Assembly (NCBI GenBank): GCA_963758525.1
Contig: CAVWVQ010000001.1
Span: forward strand, 96,001 to 160,000
Direction: 5' to 3'
DNA: 64,000 nucleotides
DNA from: an uncultured Phycisphaerales bacterium
GTDB lineage: Bacteria > Planctomycetota > Phycisphaerae > Tepidisphaerales > Tepidisphaeraceae
Shown piece after piece: positions 51,463 to 61,941 of this stretch. The notes beneath the pieces were generated by a model. It saw only the letters and a program-made list of their open reading frames with translations. It made no database searches and was not told the DNA's origin. The position numbers were made by a program, and so were the translations under genes. The first letter of the stretch is position 1. The number at the start of each line of letters is the position of its first letter.

Positions 51463-52701
51463 ATGAGGCTCATCACACCCGCTGGAAGCGCACTATTTGT
51501 GGTCTTCTCACTGCTGCCGTCCGCGCGGGCAGACGATCCGTTTCAAATCTCCGCCCAGTCCACCAGCGGGCCTCCGGTCACCAGCACCGTCAACGGCAGC
51601 AACTTGCCAAGACTGCTGAATGACCTGATCAAAGGGAAGGACGGGTTTTCCTCGCTGCGGAATGTCAGCAGCACCGCGTCGGTGCGATATGGCACGGAAA
51701 ATAATGCGATCGTCGTCACCCGCAACGCGGGCGGAACCGCCGCGAGCGTGTCGATTCCGTCGATCAACTTCAAAAGGAATTTCACCGGCACCGACAGCGC
51801 CGATCTGGAGAGGCACGTCGAGAAGTTCTTCAGAAAAGACGGCGCGGACACATACGGAAAGTTTGTCGAATCGGTCAACCAACGGACAACACTCGGCGTC
51901 GTCGATGGCAACCCGCTTGCCGCGACGGCGGTCTTCGCAAATCAGCCGTACGTGCAGTTTGGACTGCAGCCCGCGCCTACGCCTCCCGGGGAACACGCCG
52001 TTAATCGGCTCGATCAGGTGGCCACGCCCAACTTACGGTTGGATGTCAACGGCGGTTACTCGCACAGCGACTCCGGCAACGGATATTACGCCGGCGGCGC
52101 CTTCAGTTTCGGAGCGAAGCTGGGCGACCGTGTTGGACTCGTGTCGACGACCCCGTTCGAGTATCGATATGTTGCCGGCGCAACCGCGTATGACGTTGCC
52201 GAAGAAGTATCGCTGCCGGTCGTTTTGCTTCCGCCGCGCGGGCGGGCGAGTCTGGATTGGATGCTGACGCCGACGGTCTTTGCCGGCGGAGCCGGGTCCG
52301 TCGATCTGGCGGCGGGGGGCGTCTTCCTCGGCGGAGGACTGACCAGCTCCCTCTCGTTGCGATTTGCAGGCTTTATCTTCACGCTTGCCGACGAGATCAA
52401 TTATGCCCACGGGTTTCCCATCACCGTCGGCGACTACAAGTTTGACACACGCGTCGAGCAGGAAGTGGCAAAGAACGGCGTGAAGATTACGCGATTCATC
52501 GGCAACGATCTGTATGTGGATGCCGGGATCACCTACACCGAGTTCCTGCGCAAGGCCGCTGTCGGCGAATACTGGACCCCTACGGCCGGGATCGGGGTAC
52601 GGCTCGGGCCCGGTGCAGGCTTGCGCATGGGATACTCCGGGGATTTCGGACCGGGCTTCATCGATCATGGCGGCGCGTTGCAGTTTTATCTGAACTATTG
52701 A
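51463..52701 (+). CDS. Secreted protein with probable C-terminal outer-membrane beta-barrel
   Basis: AGGAG RBS; signal peptide (ARA-DD); alternating beta-strand pattern; terminal ALQFYLNY. Confidence 0.6.
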   Translation: MRLITPAGSALFVVFSLLPSARADDPFQISAQSTSGPPVTSTVNGSNLPRLLNDLIKGKDGFSSLRNVSSTASVRYGTENNAIVVTRNAGGTAASVSIPSINFKRNFTGTDSADLERHVEKFFRKDGADTYGKFVESVNQRTTLGVVDGNPLAATAVFANQPYVQFGLQPAPTPPGEHAVNRLDQVATPNLRLDVNGGYSHSDSGNGYYAGGAFSFGAKLGDRVGLVSTTPFEYRYVAGATAYDVAEEVSLPVVLLPPRGRASLDWMLTPTVFAGGAGSVDLAAGGVFLGGGLTSSLSLRFAGFIFTLADEINYAHGFPITVGDYKFDTRVEQEVAKNGVKITRFIGNDLYVDAGITYTEFLRKAAVGEYWTPTAGIGVRLGPGAGLRMGYSGDFGPGFIDHGGALQFYLNY

Positions 52702-53051
52702 GCGCACTTTCCATGCGAAGCGATGCTGACGCCAAAGCCCTGGCGCTGCGGGGCCGCGCGTCCGCCTTCGCGTTTTCCCTGGAAAAACGCCGACGATGAA
52801 AACAAATATCGCGCCTGGGAAAAAAAGTACGCGGACCGCACACGCCTCTTTGCGGTCTGCAAGCTGGTCGAGCATCTCGGGCCTCCGGAAGTTGCGGCAT
52901 CCAGCCGGCCAATTGTTGATCTGCACGATCAGTTCACTTGCGGATCCGCCACCCACCCGCTCGCCTGAGCGCGCTTCGACACTCCCGTCACGTTCCAATC
53001 ACCAATCACCACTAATTTCGGCTATAATGCCCATCCGAGGAGACCGTTACC

Positions 53052-54740
53052 ATGGCAATCAGCGACACGATCAAAATGGGACTCATTCGCGCTCCGCATC
53101 GCAGTCTGTTGCGGGCGACGGGTGTGATTCAGAGCGACGCGGATTTCAAGAAACCATTTATCGCGGTTTGCAATTCGTTTGTGCAGATCATCCCCGGACA
53201 CGCGCATCTCGACGTGGTCGGCAAGAAGGTGCGCGAAGCGGTTCGGGCGGCGGGGGGCGTGCCGTTCGAATTCAATACGATCGGCGTCGACGACGGCATC
53301 GCCATGGGACATGGGGGGATGAAATATTCCCTTCCCAGCCGGGAAATCATCGCCGATTCGGTCGAGACGATGCTCCGTGCTCATTGCTTTGACGGCGTAG
53401 TCTGCATTCCCAACTGCGACAAGATCGTGCCGGGAATGATGATGGGGGCGGCCCGTTGCAACATCCCGGCTGTCTTCGTCTCCGGCGGGCCGATGATGGC
53501 GGGCGTCGCCCCGGGAACCGGAAAAGCGATCGACCTGATCTCTGTGTTCGAAGGTGTCGGCCAGGTCTCCGCCGGGAAGATGACCGAGCGCGAGTTGACC
53601 GAACTGGAAACCCACGCCTGCCCAACCTGCGGCTCCTGCTCCGGCATGTTCACCGCCAACAGCATGAACTGCCTCTGCGAGGCCCTGGGCTTGGCGCTGC
53701 CGGGCAATGGATCGATCCTGGCGGTCGATCCGCGACGCGATCAATTGTTCCGCGACGCGGGCATCGCAATTGTGGATCTCGTCAAGAGGAACATCCGCCC
53801 CAGCGACATTCTCACCCAAAAATCTTTCGAGAATGCGTTCGCGCTCGACATGGCCATGGGTGGATCGACCAATACCGTGCTCCACGCGCTGGCGGTCGCG
53901 ATCGAAGCCGGCTGTCCGTTTGATCTGGCGAAGCTCAACGAGGTGGCGGAGCGCGTGCCGCACGTCTGCAAGGTCTCCCCGGCCGGCAAGCATCACATGC
54001 AGGACGTCGACCGCGCCGGCGGGATCAGCGCGATCCTCAAGACCATTGCGGGCAAAAAGGGGACGCTGCATCTCGACTGCATCACCGTGACGGGCAAGAC
54101 GCTTGGCGAGAATATCGGCGATGCGATCGTGAAAGACGCCGACGTGATCCGCCCGCTCGACAACGTCTACAGCGAGAAGGGCGGCCTGGCGATTTTGTTC
54201 GGCAACCTCGCACCAAAAGGATCGGTCGTGAAGACCGCGGGAGTGCAGCCGGCGATGATGAAGCATCGCGGCCCAGCCGTCATCTTCGAGAGCGAAGAAT
54301 CCGCCGCCAAGGGAATCCTCGCGGGACTGGTGAAGAAGGACGACGTGGTGGTGATTCGCTACGAGGGCCCGCGCGGCGGACCGGGCATGCAGGAAATGCT
54401 CGCCCCCACCTCCAACATCATGGGCCGCGGCCTGGGAGAATCGGTCGCGCTGATCACCGACGGCAGATTTTCCGGCGGAACCCGCGGCGCCTGCATCGGC
54501 CACGTAAGCCCCGAAGCCGCCGCGGGCGGGCCGATCGCATTCGTCGAGCCTGGCGACATGATCGTGGTCGACATTCCCAATCGGCGGATCGACCTCGACG
54601 TGCCGGAAGATGTGATTGCCAAACGCAAGGCCGCGTGGCGTCCGCATCCGCCGAAGATCACGTACGGTTACCTCGCGCGATACGCGTCGATGGTGACCAG
54701 TGCGGACACCGGCGCGGTATTCAAGAAGCCGGAGTTGTAG
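53052..54740 (+). CDS. ilvD: Dihydroxy-acid dehydratase
   Basis: [49 protein letters not shown]. Confidence 0.98.
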   Translation: MAISDTIKMGLIRAPHRSLLRATGVIQSDADFKKPFIAVCNSFVQIIPGHAHLDVVGKKVREAVRAAGGVPFEFNTIGVDDGIAMGHGGMKYSLPSREIIADSVETMLRAHCFDGVVCIPNCDKIVPGMMMGAARCNIPAVFVSGGPMMAGVAPGTGKAIDLISVFEGVGQVSAGKMTERELTELETHACPTCGSCSGMFTANSMNCLCEALGLALPGNGSILAVDPRRDQLFRDAGIAIVDLVKRNIRPSDILTQKSFENAFALDMAMGGSTNTVLHALAVAIEAGCPFDLAKLNEVAERVPHVCKVSPAGKHHMQDVDRAGGISAILKTIAGKKGTLHLDCITVTGKTLGENIGDAIVKDADVIRPLDNVYSEKGGLAILFGNLAPKGSVVKTAGVQPAMMKHRGPAVIFESEESAAKGILAGLVKKDDVVVIRYEGPRGGPGMQEMLAPTSNIMGRGLGESVALITDGRFSGGTRGACIGHVSPEAAAGGPIAFVEPGDMIVVDIPNRRIDLDVPEDVIAKRKAAWRPHPPKITYGYLARYASMVTSADTGAVFKKPEL

Positions 54741-54764
54741 ACGATCAGTTCGGGAGGCCATCGC

Positions 54765-55013
54765 ATGACGTTACAAACCCTCAAGATTTCCGGCCGGGAA
54801 TTTGTCCTGTTGCCCAAGCGGGATTTTCAGAGGTTGGCCGCGCAAGCGGAGAAGCAGTCAGAGGATGACTATTGGACGCAAGCTGCCCTCGCGACTGAGG
54901 CCGAGGCGCGGTTCAAACGGGAAAAGCCGATTCCATTTGAGCAAGTGGAGCGAGAATTGGACGCGCTCCGGAAGCGCACGCCACGCAAGCGGAGCGGCCG
55001 GGAGCGCAGGTGA
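54765..55013 (+). CDS. Probable type II antitoxin
   Basis: GGAGG RBS; 82 aa; FVLLPKRDFQRL and KPIPFEQVERELD; stop overlaps a RelE-like start. Confidence 0.6.
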   Translation: MTLQTLKISGREFVLLPKRDFQRLAAQAEKQSEDDYWTQAALATEAEARFKREKPIPFEQVERELDALRKRTPRKRSGRERR

Positions 55014-55177
55014 TTCAGCGCACGACATGGCACGTGGAAATGCTGCCCGCCGCACGCAAGGAACTTCTGGCACTTCGCAATCCAACTCAAAACCGGATCC
55101 GGGGCGCGCCAGCGTGCACTCGCCATGATCGCACAAACGGTTTGCAACGCGATCGAGAGTTCCATTTTTCACTGTGA
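55010..55177 (+). pseudogene. Truncated RelE/ParE-like toxin
   Basis: Manual translation from GTG 55010: IQRTTWHVEMLPAARKELLALRNPTQNRIRGA, then unrelated sequence; C-terminal catalytic half missing. Confidence 0.55.
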
Positions 55178-55268
55178 ACAACCCTCTCGGCTCTGAACTC
55201 GGAGCCATAGCCGAGACGGCTCTGCTACGAGCAAATACAGCGGCGAAAAATGGAGCGGCTTGAACGAA

Positions 55269-56258
55269 TTATGGCTTCGGCGCATCGGCTCGCTGCTCCG
55301 CCCGATCCTTGGCCGTTCCAGAGAGTGCCGGCATCGCCTGTCGATAGAGTTCTGCCGCGTGCAGGCGGGCGCGGTCAGATGCCCGCCCGCTGACGGATGG
55401 CGCGTAATCCCACCACCCATCAGCCGCGGACGCGATTGAGTTTGCATCGCGGGCTTCGAGTTCCTGCTCCGCCAAGGCTTTCAGCTTTGGATCCGACCCC
55501 TTTGCCAGGTACGGCAGCCCCTGCGGCCACAATTCCCGCACGAAACACGCGTATTTTCCGACCAGCAAATTCGCCTTCCCATCCTCGGGGTGCAGCTTCA
55601 CGCGGTCCATCGCGGCGAGCACCGCCTTCTGCTCGCGCACAGCGTCCATGATCGCCACGTGCTCCTCTTTCACCAACTGCTTCAACGTCGGGTCACGCTG
55701 CTGATCGGCAAGCATGCTCGCCAGGGAGTAGGCCTTATTCGCCAGGTCGACTTCGCCCGTTGACAGAGCGGCATCGGCAACCTTCAGGTATTTGTCGATT
55801 AGTTGCGACGCCGGAAGCGTGGATTTGTCGATCATTGCCGACATTGCGGAAGCCTTGAGCTCGCGCGCGTCGATGACGAACAGCCTGTTCATGTCGTCGA
55901 TCGCGCCGAAGGCGGCGTCGAGGTCGCCGGCATCGACCGCCAGCTCGCGCGCCTCGCGCAGCATGACGAAGCGCGTCGGCGGATCGTCGGCAAATTGATC
56001 GATCTCATCACGCAATTTGCGGGAAAGTGCCAGTTGATCGGCCGGGTCGTGCTGCGCGAATTCTCTTTTGTAGTGTTCGCGGACGAAATGTTCGGACTTG
56101 GATTGGGCGGCGAATTTCGGAATCGGATTTTTCGCGGTCTCTTGAGCCTGTCCCGATGTCGCAAAAATCAGAATAAAGGCCAGAGTCGCCGGGACGCTCG
56201 CGCATTTGATTCTGATTTCGGATTTCGTCCCCGTGCGCCGGGATCTTCGACATTCCAA
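55269..56258 (-). CDS. Secreted alpha-helical hypothetical protein
   Basis: Signal-like LAFILIFATSGQA; LLVGKYACFV..GLPYLAKGSD..ADGWWD motif reminiscent of planctomycete proteins; start uncertain. Confidence 0.65.
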   Translation of the reverse strand: MECRRSRRTGTKSEIRIKCASVPATLAFILIFATSGQAQETAKNPIPKFAAQSKSEHFVREHYKREFAQHDPADQLALSRKLRDEIDQFADDPPTRFVMLREARELAVDAGDLDAAFGAIDDMNRLFVIDARELKASAMSAMIDKSTLPASQLIDKYLKVADAALSTGEVDLANKAYSLASMLADQQRDPTLKQLVKEEHVAIMDAVREQKAVLAAMDRVKLHPEDGKANLLVGKYACFVRELWPQGLPYLAKGSDPKLKALAEQELEARDANSIASAADGWWDYAPSVSGRASDRARLHAAELYRQAMPALSGTAKDRAEQRADAPKP

Positions 56259-56283
56259 CTTCCCCTTTGGCGAAGCGAAAGGG

Positions 56284-57534
56284 TCACAGGTCTTTGTCCT
56301 TGTCTGCCGGTTGCGTCGCTGGCTGCGTTGTCGGCTGAAAGTTTTCCTCCTTCATCATCTTGCGGAGCTTATCAAACGCCTGCTTCTTCATCGCATCGAT
56401 ATATTGCCGAAGATCAGGCGGACACTCGCGCTCTCGGAGAAAGAGCTGTATCCCATTTGGGAGTTGTATCGTGCCGATCGCGGGATCGCTCTTCGCGGAG
56501 GTGGTGGTCCCCGGATCGGGGGACTGATTCCAGATATAGACCTCGCCGCCTTTGATGACGTATCCCAAGCCGGTGAAGCCCGCGAGGCTCTCCAGCGCCT
56601 GCCGCACGGTCGCGTTATCGAGCACCAGCCGGACGGTGCGAAACTCCGGCGGCACGCGCTGCACGGCGCCCGGCTCGATCTCAAAGTGCACGCCGGCCAG
56701 TTGCGAGAGCTCCTGCAGCACCTGCGTGACGTCCTCGCCATTGAAGCGCGTGTCGATCGTCTTGAGCAACTGGTTGCGCACCTGCGTTTCTTTGGGAATG
56801 ATCAGAATGCTTCTTCCCCAGGGGTACCAGGTGGCGTCGGTGTCCTTATCCAGTGACTCCAGAGCCTCAGCCATCGTGGAGCCGCGCGGAACGGTCACGA
56901 CTGCGGTCGGCTTCAGCAGATCGCCGGGGCGAAACTCGATGGCGAAGGGGCTCTTGAGCTCCAGCAGCTTCTGATCGACCGCGTCAACCACCTGCTGCAT
57001 CGTCACTCGATCGCTCGAAAGACCCAGGTCGGTGCGGCTGAGAAGATCGAGCACTTCCAATTCCTGGACGGTAGAGCGGCGTCCGAGCCGTGCCAGGGCC
57101 GGCATCGGTTCGATGCGCACGGCCTCGGGAGCAAGCTCGAACGTCAATCCCAGCCGCCCGGTAATCGCGGTCAACGCCTGGCGGAGCGTCTGATTCTCGA
57201 TGCGGGCGGAAACATTGGTTTGTTCTCCCCACGGGAGCAGATTGTAAACGTCCGGATCCGGACGCAGCGGAACACCGGTTTTGTCTTCGATCGTTTTGAG
57301 CACCTGAGGCAGCACGCCCTCCACCTGGAGCTGCACGAGCTTGTCGAGTTCCTGATTGATCAGTGCGGAAGTGTCGGCGGTGCGCAGCGCAGGAGCAGCT
57401 AAAAACAATAGGATAAGAGCCGCGAAGACGCCCGTGGCGGGCGTCTTCGCGGCTCTTCCTGTCGGCTGCACTGCGTTGCGGGGAGTTCTGTAACTATTGG
57501 AGATCGCTAAATCCGATTGCACTGATTGCTTCAT
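56284..57534 (-). CDS. Exported protein with about 3 secretin-N/STN-like domains
   Basis: Repeats such as VSARIENQTLRQALTAITGRLGLTF and VRLVLDNATVRQALESLAGFTGLGYVI; ATQP tail; no barrel. Confidence 0.65.
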   Translation of the reverse strand: MKQSVQSDLAISNSYRTPRNAVQPTGRAAKTPATGVFAALILLFLAAPALRTADTSALINQELDKLVQLQVEGVLPQVLKTIEDKTGVPLRPDPDVYNLLPWGEQTNVSARIENQTLRQALTAITGRLGLTFELAPEAVRIEPMPALARLGRRSTVQELEVLDLLSRTDLGLSSDRVTMQQVVDAVDQKLLELKSPFAIEFRPGDLLKPTAVVTVPRGSTMAEALESLDKDTDATWYPWGRSILIIPKETQVRNQLLKTIDTRFNGEDVTQVLQELSQLAGVHFEIEPGAVQRVPPEFRTVRLVLDNATVRQALESLAGFTGLGYVIKGGEVYIWNQSPDPGTTTSAKSDPAIGTIQLPNGIQLFLRERECPPDLRQYIDAMKKQAFDKLRKMMKEENFQPTTQPATQPADKDKDL

Positions 57535-57590
57535 GAACACTCCATCTGATGTCGACAACCAACGAAGTGTCGGCGCGACGCGGGCGGCGG

Positions 57591-58172
57591 TCAATATGGA
57601 AGCGATGACGCATCGGTCGACGTGGGCGGATTGATGCCGCTGGCGATCACAACACGTGCCTGGCGGGTCACCAGATCACTGGAATAGCGGGAGACTGCCG
57701 CAACGCCCAATTCTTGCGGGCCGGGGCCGACAGAAACGTCGGCGATGCCGTTTGGCGCTGCTTCGGCAACGGGGCCGGTGACGATCAGCACGGGCTTGGC
57801 GACGGCAACCTGTGGAATAGATGCCGGCGTCCGATGCGCGGACGACAAATAGACGCTGATTCCAATCCCCGTTGCGATGAGGAGCGATGCCGCCATCGCC
57901 ATCCGGGCGGGAAGCCATCGCGGCGCGAGTCGATACGACTGCGCCGGCTCCGATGCTTCCCCTACGCGGTCGGAGATGCAAGCCGCCAGCGCCTCCCAGT
58001 CAACTGCCTCCATCGGTGCCGATGCCGCGATCAGGAAATTCGTGAATTTGCGCTCGTCGGCCAGCATCCGGCGCGCGCTCTCATCGTCCGCGAGAAGTGC
58101 TTCCACGACAGCGCGGTCGGCATCGCTGATCGTGCCATCCACGTACTGCGAGATGAGATATTCCCGATCCAT
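57591..58172 (-). CDS. Anti-sigma factor (single TM)
   Basis: LISQYVDGTISDADRAVVEALL N-terminus; TM MAMAASLLIATGIGISVYL; directly after an ECF sigma. Confidence 0.8.
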   Translation of the reverse strand: MDREYLISQYVDGTISDADRAVVEALLADDESARRMLADERKFTNFLIAASAPMEAVDWEALAACISDRVGEASEPAQSYRLAPRWLPARMAMAASLLIATGIGISVYLSSAHRTPASIPQVAVAKPVLIVTGPVAEAAPNGIADVSVGPGPQELGVAAVSRYSSDLVTRQARVVIASGINPPTSTDASSLPY

Positions 58173-58173
58173 G

Positions 58174-58788
58174 TCAAATCACGTCCTTCAACAATTCACG
58201 CAGTTTCTTTCGGCCCTGAAACACATGCCACTTCACCGCCTCCACACTGCAATTGAGCGTCTCGGCAACCTGCTTCTGCGGCATCTCTTCGATGGTAAAC
58301 ATCGTAATCGCCAGCCGCTGCTTCTCGGGCAGTTGCTGCAACGCCTGCTGCAGCCGCCGGCCCATCTCTTCGCTCTCCAGGCGATGAACCGGATCGCCCC
58401 CTCGCGCCATCCACTCGCTGCCCCCGGCATCCGAGGCGCTGCCGTCGGTCGGTCCCAGCAAATCATCCAGCGGCAACTGCGAGCGCGTCCTGCGGCTGCG
58501 GCGAAAATTCAGCGACAGGTTGGAAACGATCCGCATCAACCAGCCGCCAAACGCTTCGGGTTTTTGCAGCGTGTTCAGGCTCGTGAAGCCCTTGACGAAT
58601 GCTTCCTGCGTCACTTCCAGCGCGTCGTGTGAGTTGCCCAGGAGCCGATACGACACCGCAACCGCCTGCCGCTGGTAGCGGTTGATCAATTGATCAAACG
58701 CCTTGCGATCTCCAGCGAGCGTTCGGGCCACCAGCGCGCCGTCGCTTGGAAGCTGCTTTTCGGAAAGATCGCTCGGGCGCGGTTCCAT
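58174..58788 (-). CDS. ECF RNA polymerase sigma factor
   Basis: AFDQLINRYQ, DALEVTQEAF, FGGWLMRI, LPEKQR..VAETLNCSVEAVKWHVFQGRKKL. Confidence 0.93.
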   Translation of the reverse strand: MEPRPSDLSEKQLPSDGALVARTLAGDRKAFDQLINRYQRQAVAVSYRLLGNSHDALEVTQEAFVKGFTSLNTLQKPEAFGGWLMRIVSNLSLNFRRSRRTRSQLPLDDLLGPTDGSASDAGGSEWMARGGDPVHRLESEEMGRRLQQALQQLPEKQRLAITMFTIEEMPQKQVAETLNCSVEAVKWHVFQGRKKLRELLKDVI

Positions 58789-59023
58789 TCGGTAGACACT
58801 CTGACAGCAACCGGGGTTAGAGAAAATCCAACAATTTTAATTGTGATACGAAGCCCCGGCCCTGCTTTTCAGCCCGGAAGCGATGCAAGCCCTCATCCTA
58901 TCCCACATAAGTGCAAGATGTACAGTATGTTGCGGATGTATTGCGAGTGGTCCGTTTTCCGGACCTCCCGGCGGCGCGTGGGCAAGAAGCCCCTTCAAAA
59001 CTGGTAACGGCGCACTCACCTGT

Positions 59024-59130
59024 TTAGCCGCGACGCGCAGCGGAGCGTGTCCAGGGGCGCTTGCTAATAATATAGAGCGCGATTCGGCAGCACGCGCAAT
59101 GGGACACGCTTCGCTTCGCGGCGCGGCTAA
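59024..59130. repeat. REP doublet (ttagccgcg family)
   Basis: ttagccgcgacgcgcagcggagcgtgtcc ... ggacacgcttcgcttcgcggcgcggctaa. Confidence 0.75.
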
Positions 59131-59177
59131 CCGGGTCCTGAATTTAGCTTTAGACCGACCGATGTACCGCGAATGAA

Positions 59178-60020
59178 CTAACGCAGAGCAGGACCCGCAA
59201 GCCAGTCAATGGCGTTGACGAGATCAACGGCGCTTTGGCCCGCAACCGGGTCGTTGTGATCCGCCCCAAGCACCGTCACAACTTTCTTGGGCCCGCCGTA
59301 GGCCGCGACGACCATCTGCTGGTAGGGCGGGGGAACAATCGTATCCTTCTCGGCGAGAACGAAGACCGCCGGCACGTGAATCCGCGGGCCGTTCCGCAGG
59401 CTGTTGAGATCCGCAGGCACTCCCGACGCAACGGGGCCCGCAAGCAGCCACAGGTTCCACCATCCGTGGCGCTGCAGAATGAGCCGCTGCAACGGCGGTG
59501 GATTCTGGAGCAGCAGACCTGCCGCCGGTCGATGCGCGGCGACATACAGCGCCACGGTCGTTCCCAGGCTGCGCCCGCTCAAAAAGATCGGTCGCGAACC
59601 GGCGTGCTCCGCGAGCTGATCGTAAACCGCCAGCGCCGCCGGCGGGATTGACCCCAGCTTTGCCGGGCCGGTGCTTTGCCCGTACCCCGGATAATTCATC
59701 GACCAGACTTCGACGGCATGCCCCTGCCATTCGTCTGCCACCATCTCGGCTTCGATCTCGCCGCGCGATGCATTGCCGGTAAAATTGAGCACAAACCCGA
59801 CCGGCTCGCTGCCGGGCGCACTGCGCTCGGTCCAGACTTCCACCTTGCCGCCGGGCGCGGCAACCTGCACCGGCAGTTCACCGGCAATGTTGAGCGCCTG
59901 AGTGGACGGGTAGAGAATCAGCCGATCAGCACAACCGCCAAAGAGCATGAGCAATCCATACGCCGCAACAGCGGCGCACAACGTCACCCGCCCTCGCCGT
60001 CGCGACCCCGATGTTCGCAT
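59178..60020 (-). CDS. Alpha/beta hydrolase, probable lipoprotein
   Basis: FGGC lipobox-like; NYPGYGQS; GRSLG; KDTIVP; ADHND. Confidence 0.85.
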   Translation of the reverse strand: MRTSGSRRRGRVTLCAAVAAYGLLMLFGGCADRLILYPSTQALNIAGELPVQVAAPGGKVEVWTERSAPGSEPVGFVLNFTGNASRGEIEAEMVADEWQGHAVEVWSMNYPGYGQSTGPAKLGSIPPAALAVYDQLAEHAGSRPIFLSGRSLGTTVALYVAAHRPAAGLLLQNPPPLQRLILQRHGWWNLWLLAGPVASGVPADLNSLRNGPRIHVPAVFVLAEKDTIVPPPYQQMVVAAYGGPKKVVTVLGADHNDPVAGQSAVDLVNAIDWLAGPALR

Positions 60021-60136
60021 GCCAGGCTCTGTCTGAAAACCAGTTACTGGGATTCAAATCAAAACGTCCGCTGACCAACTTCGCCGGTCTTGCCGCTTGA
60101 GCGGCGAGCACTGCGCAAGATTCAATTCGATTCCGA

Positions 60137-60607
60137 TTACTCCGGCTGTCCCTTGCTCAGATCGTACACCCACGTCCGAACCGCCGGCTGCCAGTCGAGC
60201 AACTCGTCGGGCTTGAAGAACAAGCTCAATTCTCGCTGTGCGCTCTCAAGCGAATCGGAGCCATGAATCAGGTTGAACGTGTTGCTCACGCCAAAGTCTC
60301 CGCGAATGGTTCCCGGCTCGGCTTTGGAGCCAAACGTGGCGCCCATCATCTTGCGGCTGATGACAATCGCATCTTTCCCCGCCAGCGCGATCACCACCAC
60401 CGGAGAGCTGGTCATGAATTTCACCAGCCCCGGATAAAAAGGCTTGGCCTTGTGCGGCTCGTAGTGCATCTCCGCGAGGCTCTGCGGAATTTTCATGAAC
60501 TTGAGCCCCACGATCTCAAAGCCCTTCTTTTCGAAGCGGGTGAGAATCTCGCCGCAAAGCCCGCGCTGAACGGCGTCGGGTTTCAGAATGATGAGCGTTC
60601 GTTCCAC
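60137..60607 (-). CDS. ndk: Nucleoside diphosphate kinase
   Basis: ERTLIILKPDAVQRGL, PGTIRGDF, NLIHGSDS; AAGGAG RBS. Confidence 0.98.
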   Translation of the reverse strand: MERTLIILKPDAVQRGLCGEILTRFEKKGFEIVGLKFMKIPQSLAEMHYEPHKAKPFYPGLVKFMTSSPVVVIALAGKDAIVISRKMMGATFGSKAEPGTIRGDFGVSNTFNLIHGSDSLESAQRELSLFFKPDELLDWQPAVRTWVYDLSKGQPE

Positions 60608-61785
60608 GATGCTTGTCTCCTTCCAGAGGCATACTTCGATTCGTCTGCAAATCTACCGGCGGGATCGTAACCGCTGCCGGTCGTCGTTCCAAGATAAGGC
60701 GGTCGGCTCTGCTGGGCATCGCTTTCTCCATCTGGCCGATGCTTGGATCGCGCGGCTTGATACGCCTGCTGCACTTCGCAAGCGAATCGGCGCAGAGCGA
60801 CCTCAAGCCGCATTCGGAGGAATCGCCCTCTCGCGACGAGAAATGAAAACGCGAAGCCGTTGGAACCGCGGATTTCGCGGACGGGCGCGGACTCGTGGGG
60901 AAGCGGCTCTCCGAAAACCATCTCTTCGTGTAGCCGGTGGGCATGCCCGCCGTGTTCCCGCTCCCTGGGAACACAACGGAGAGCCGGATTTGCGAACATG
61001 CTCGCCGGCCACTGGGAGATTCCGCTGGCTCCGACCCTGCCGTCTTCCCGTGGGCCTTGAGACTTGGGCCTTTGTTGGCCATTGGGCCTTGGGCATTCAA
61101 CTTTCCTCTGACGCCCTGCACCAACGAATTGATACTGCAGAGTGAAGCGGAGCAGCTGCATGCAGCCGCTTTACAATCCAGAACAACGCGAGTGACCGCC
61201 GGGCGATCAACCCTCATCTGTCGCTCGGAATCAGCGGTTCGCTTTACACAACTTTACGGAATTTTACGCTTTGGAGCAGTGCGTAAATAATAAAACATTG
61301 CTTGCCTTATGAAAATAAATGGACATGCGCCTCCCGCTGATTCGGTGCTTGAATTCGTCTTCAAAGTAGATGTTCATTCGCTCCTGCCGTTGCTGGTACA
61401 CCCGGAACTCCCCCTCCACTTTCCACTCTCTACAACTCTCCTCTCTCGCGGAGCGTGGTGCAGGGGAGCCTATGAGAGAAGGCCGTCTCTCCCGTGCGGC
61501 CCTTTCCGCAGTCCGCATCTGCGGCCTCGCCGTCGATCTCCGGCTTTGCATTCGACCCGCGGATGGGGGACGCGTCCGGAAACCGGCATTAGTGTTCACG
61601 GTCTCGATTTATTTTTTGATTTTTTCTGATCGTAGCGACAAGTCATTTTTGTGAGGCTGAGAACATGAGAACCAATGAGCACCACCATCGGCCAAGCGTT
61701 CGTCATCGCTTTCCCCTCCCCGCATTATCGAGAATTGAATCGCGATTCGCACCGCACCGTTCATGCAATGCCGTCCAGCCGCCAA

Positions 61786-61899
61786 GGTTAGCCGCGACCC
61801 GCAGGGGAGCGCGTCCGGCGGACGTCGATGCTGAGCGACGTGCTTTCGGACGCGGCCGCGCAACTGGACGCGCTCCCCTTCGGGTCGCGGCTAACCGGT
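61786..61899. repeat. REP doublet (ttagccgcg family)
   Basis: ggttagccgcgacccgcaggggagcgcgtcc ... ggacgcgctccccttcgggtcgcggctaacc. Confidence 0.8.
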
Positions 61900-61941
61900 G
61901 TGGAAGCGCGTTGCCGCAGGCAGTGCTGCTCTGCGTATCTT

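Noticed and set aside
52723..52968. 81-aa ORF between the barrel-like gene and ilvD
   Set aside because: No RBS or family motif recognised; possibly a fragment
60640..61260. Possible RNase P RNA or other large ncRNA (GAGGAAAGT on the minus strand near 61100)
   Set aside because: The following GUCCGG and the complementary 3' P4 motif are missing; the region looks like a mosaic of REP-like and short-unit repeats
61264..61599. 111-aa ORF with an AT-rich 3' part upstream of ndk
   Set aside because: No recognisable motif; N-half looks non-coding; could be a gene remnant but unsupported
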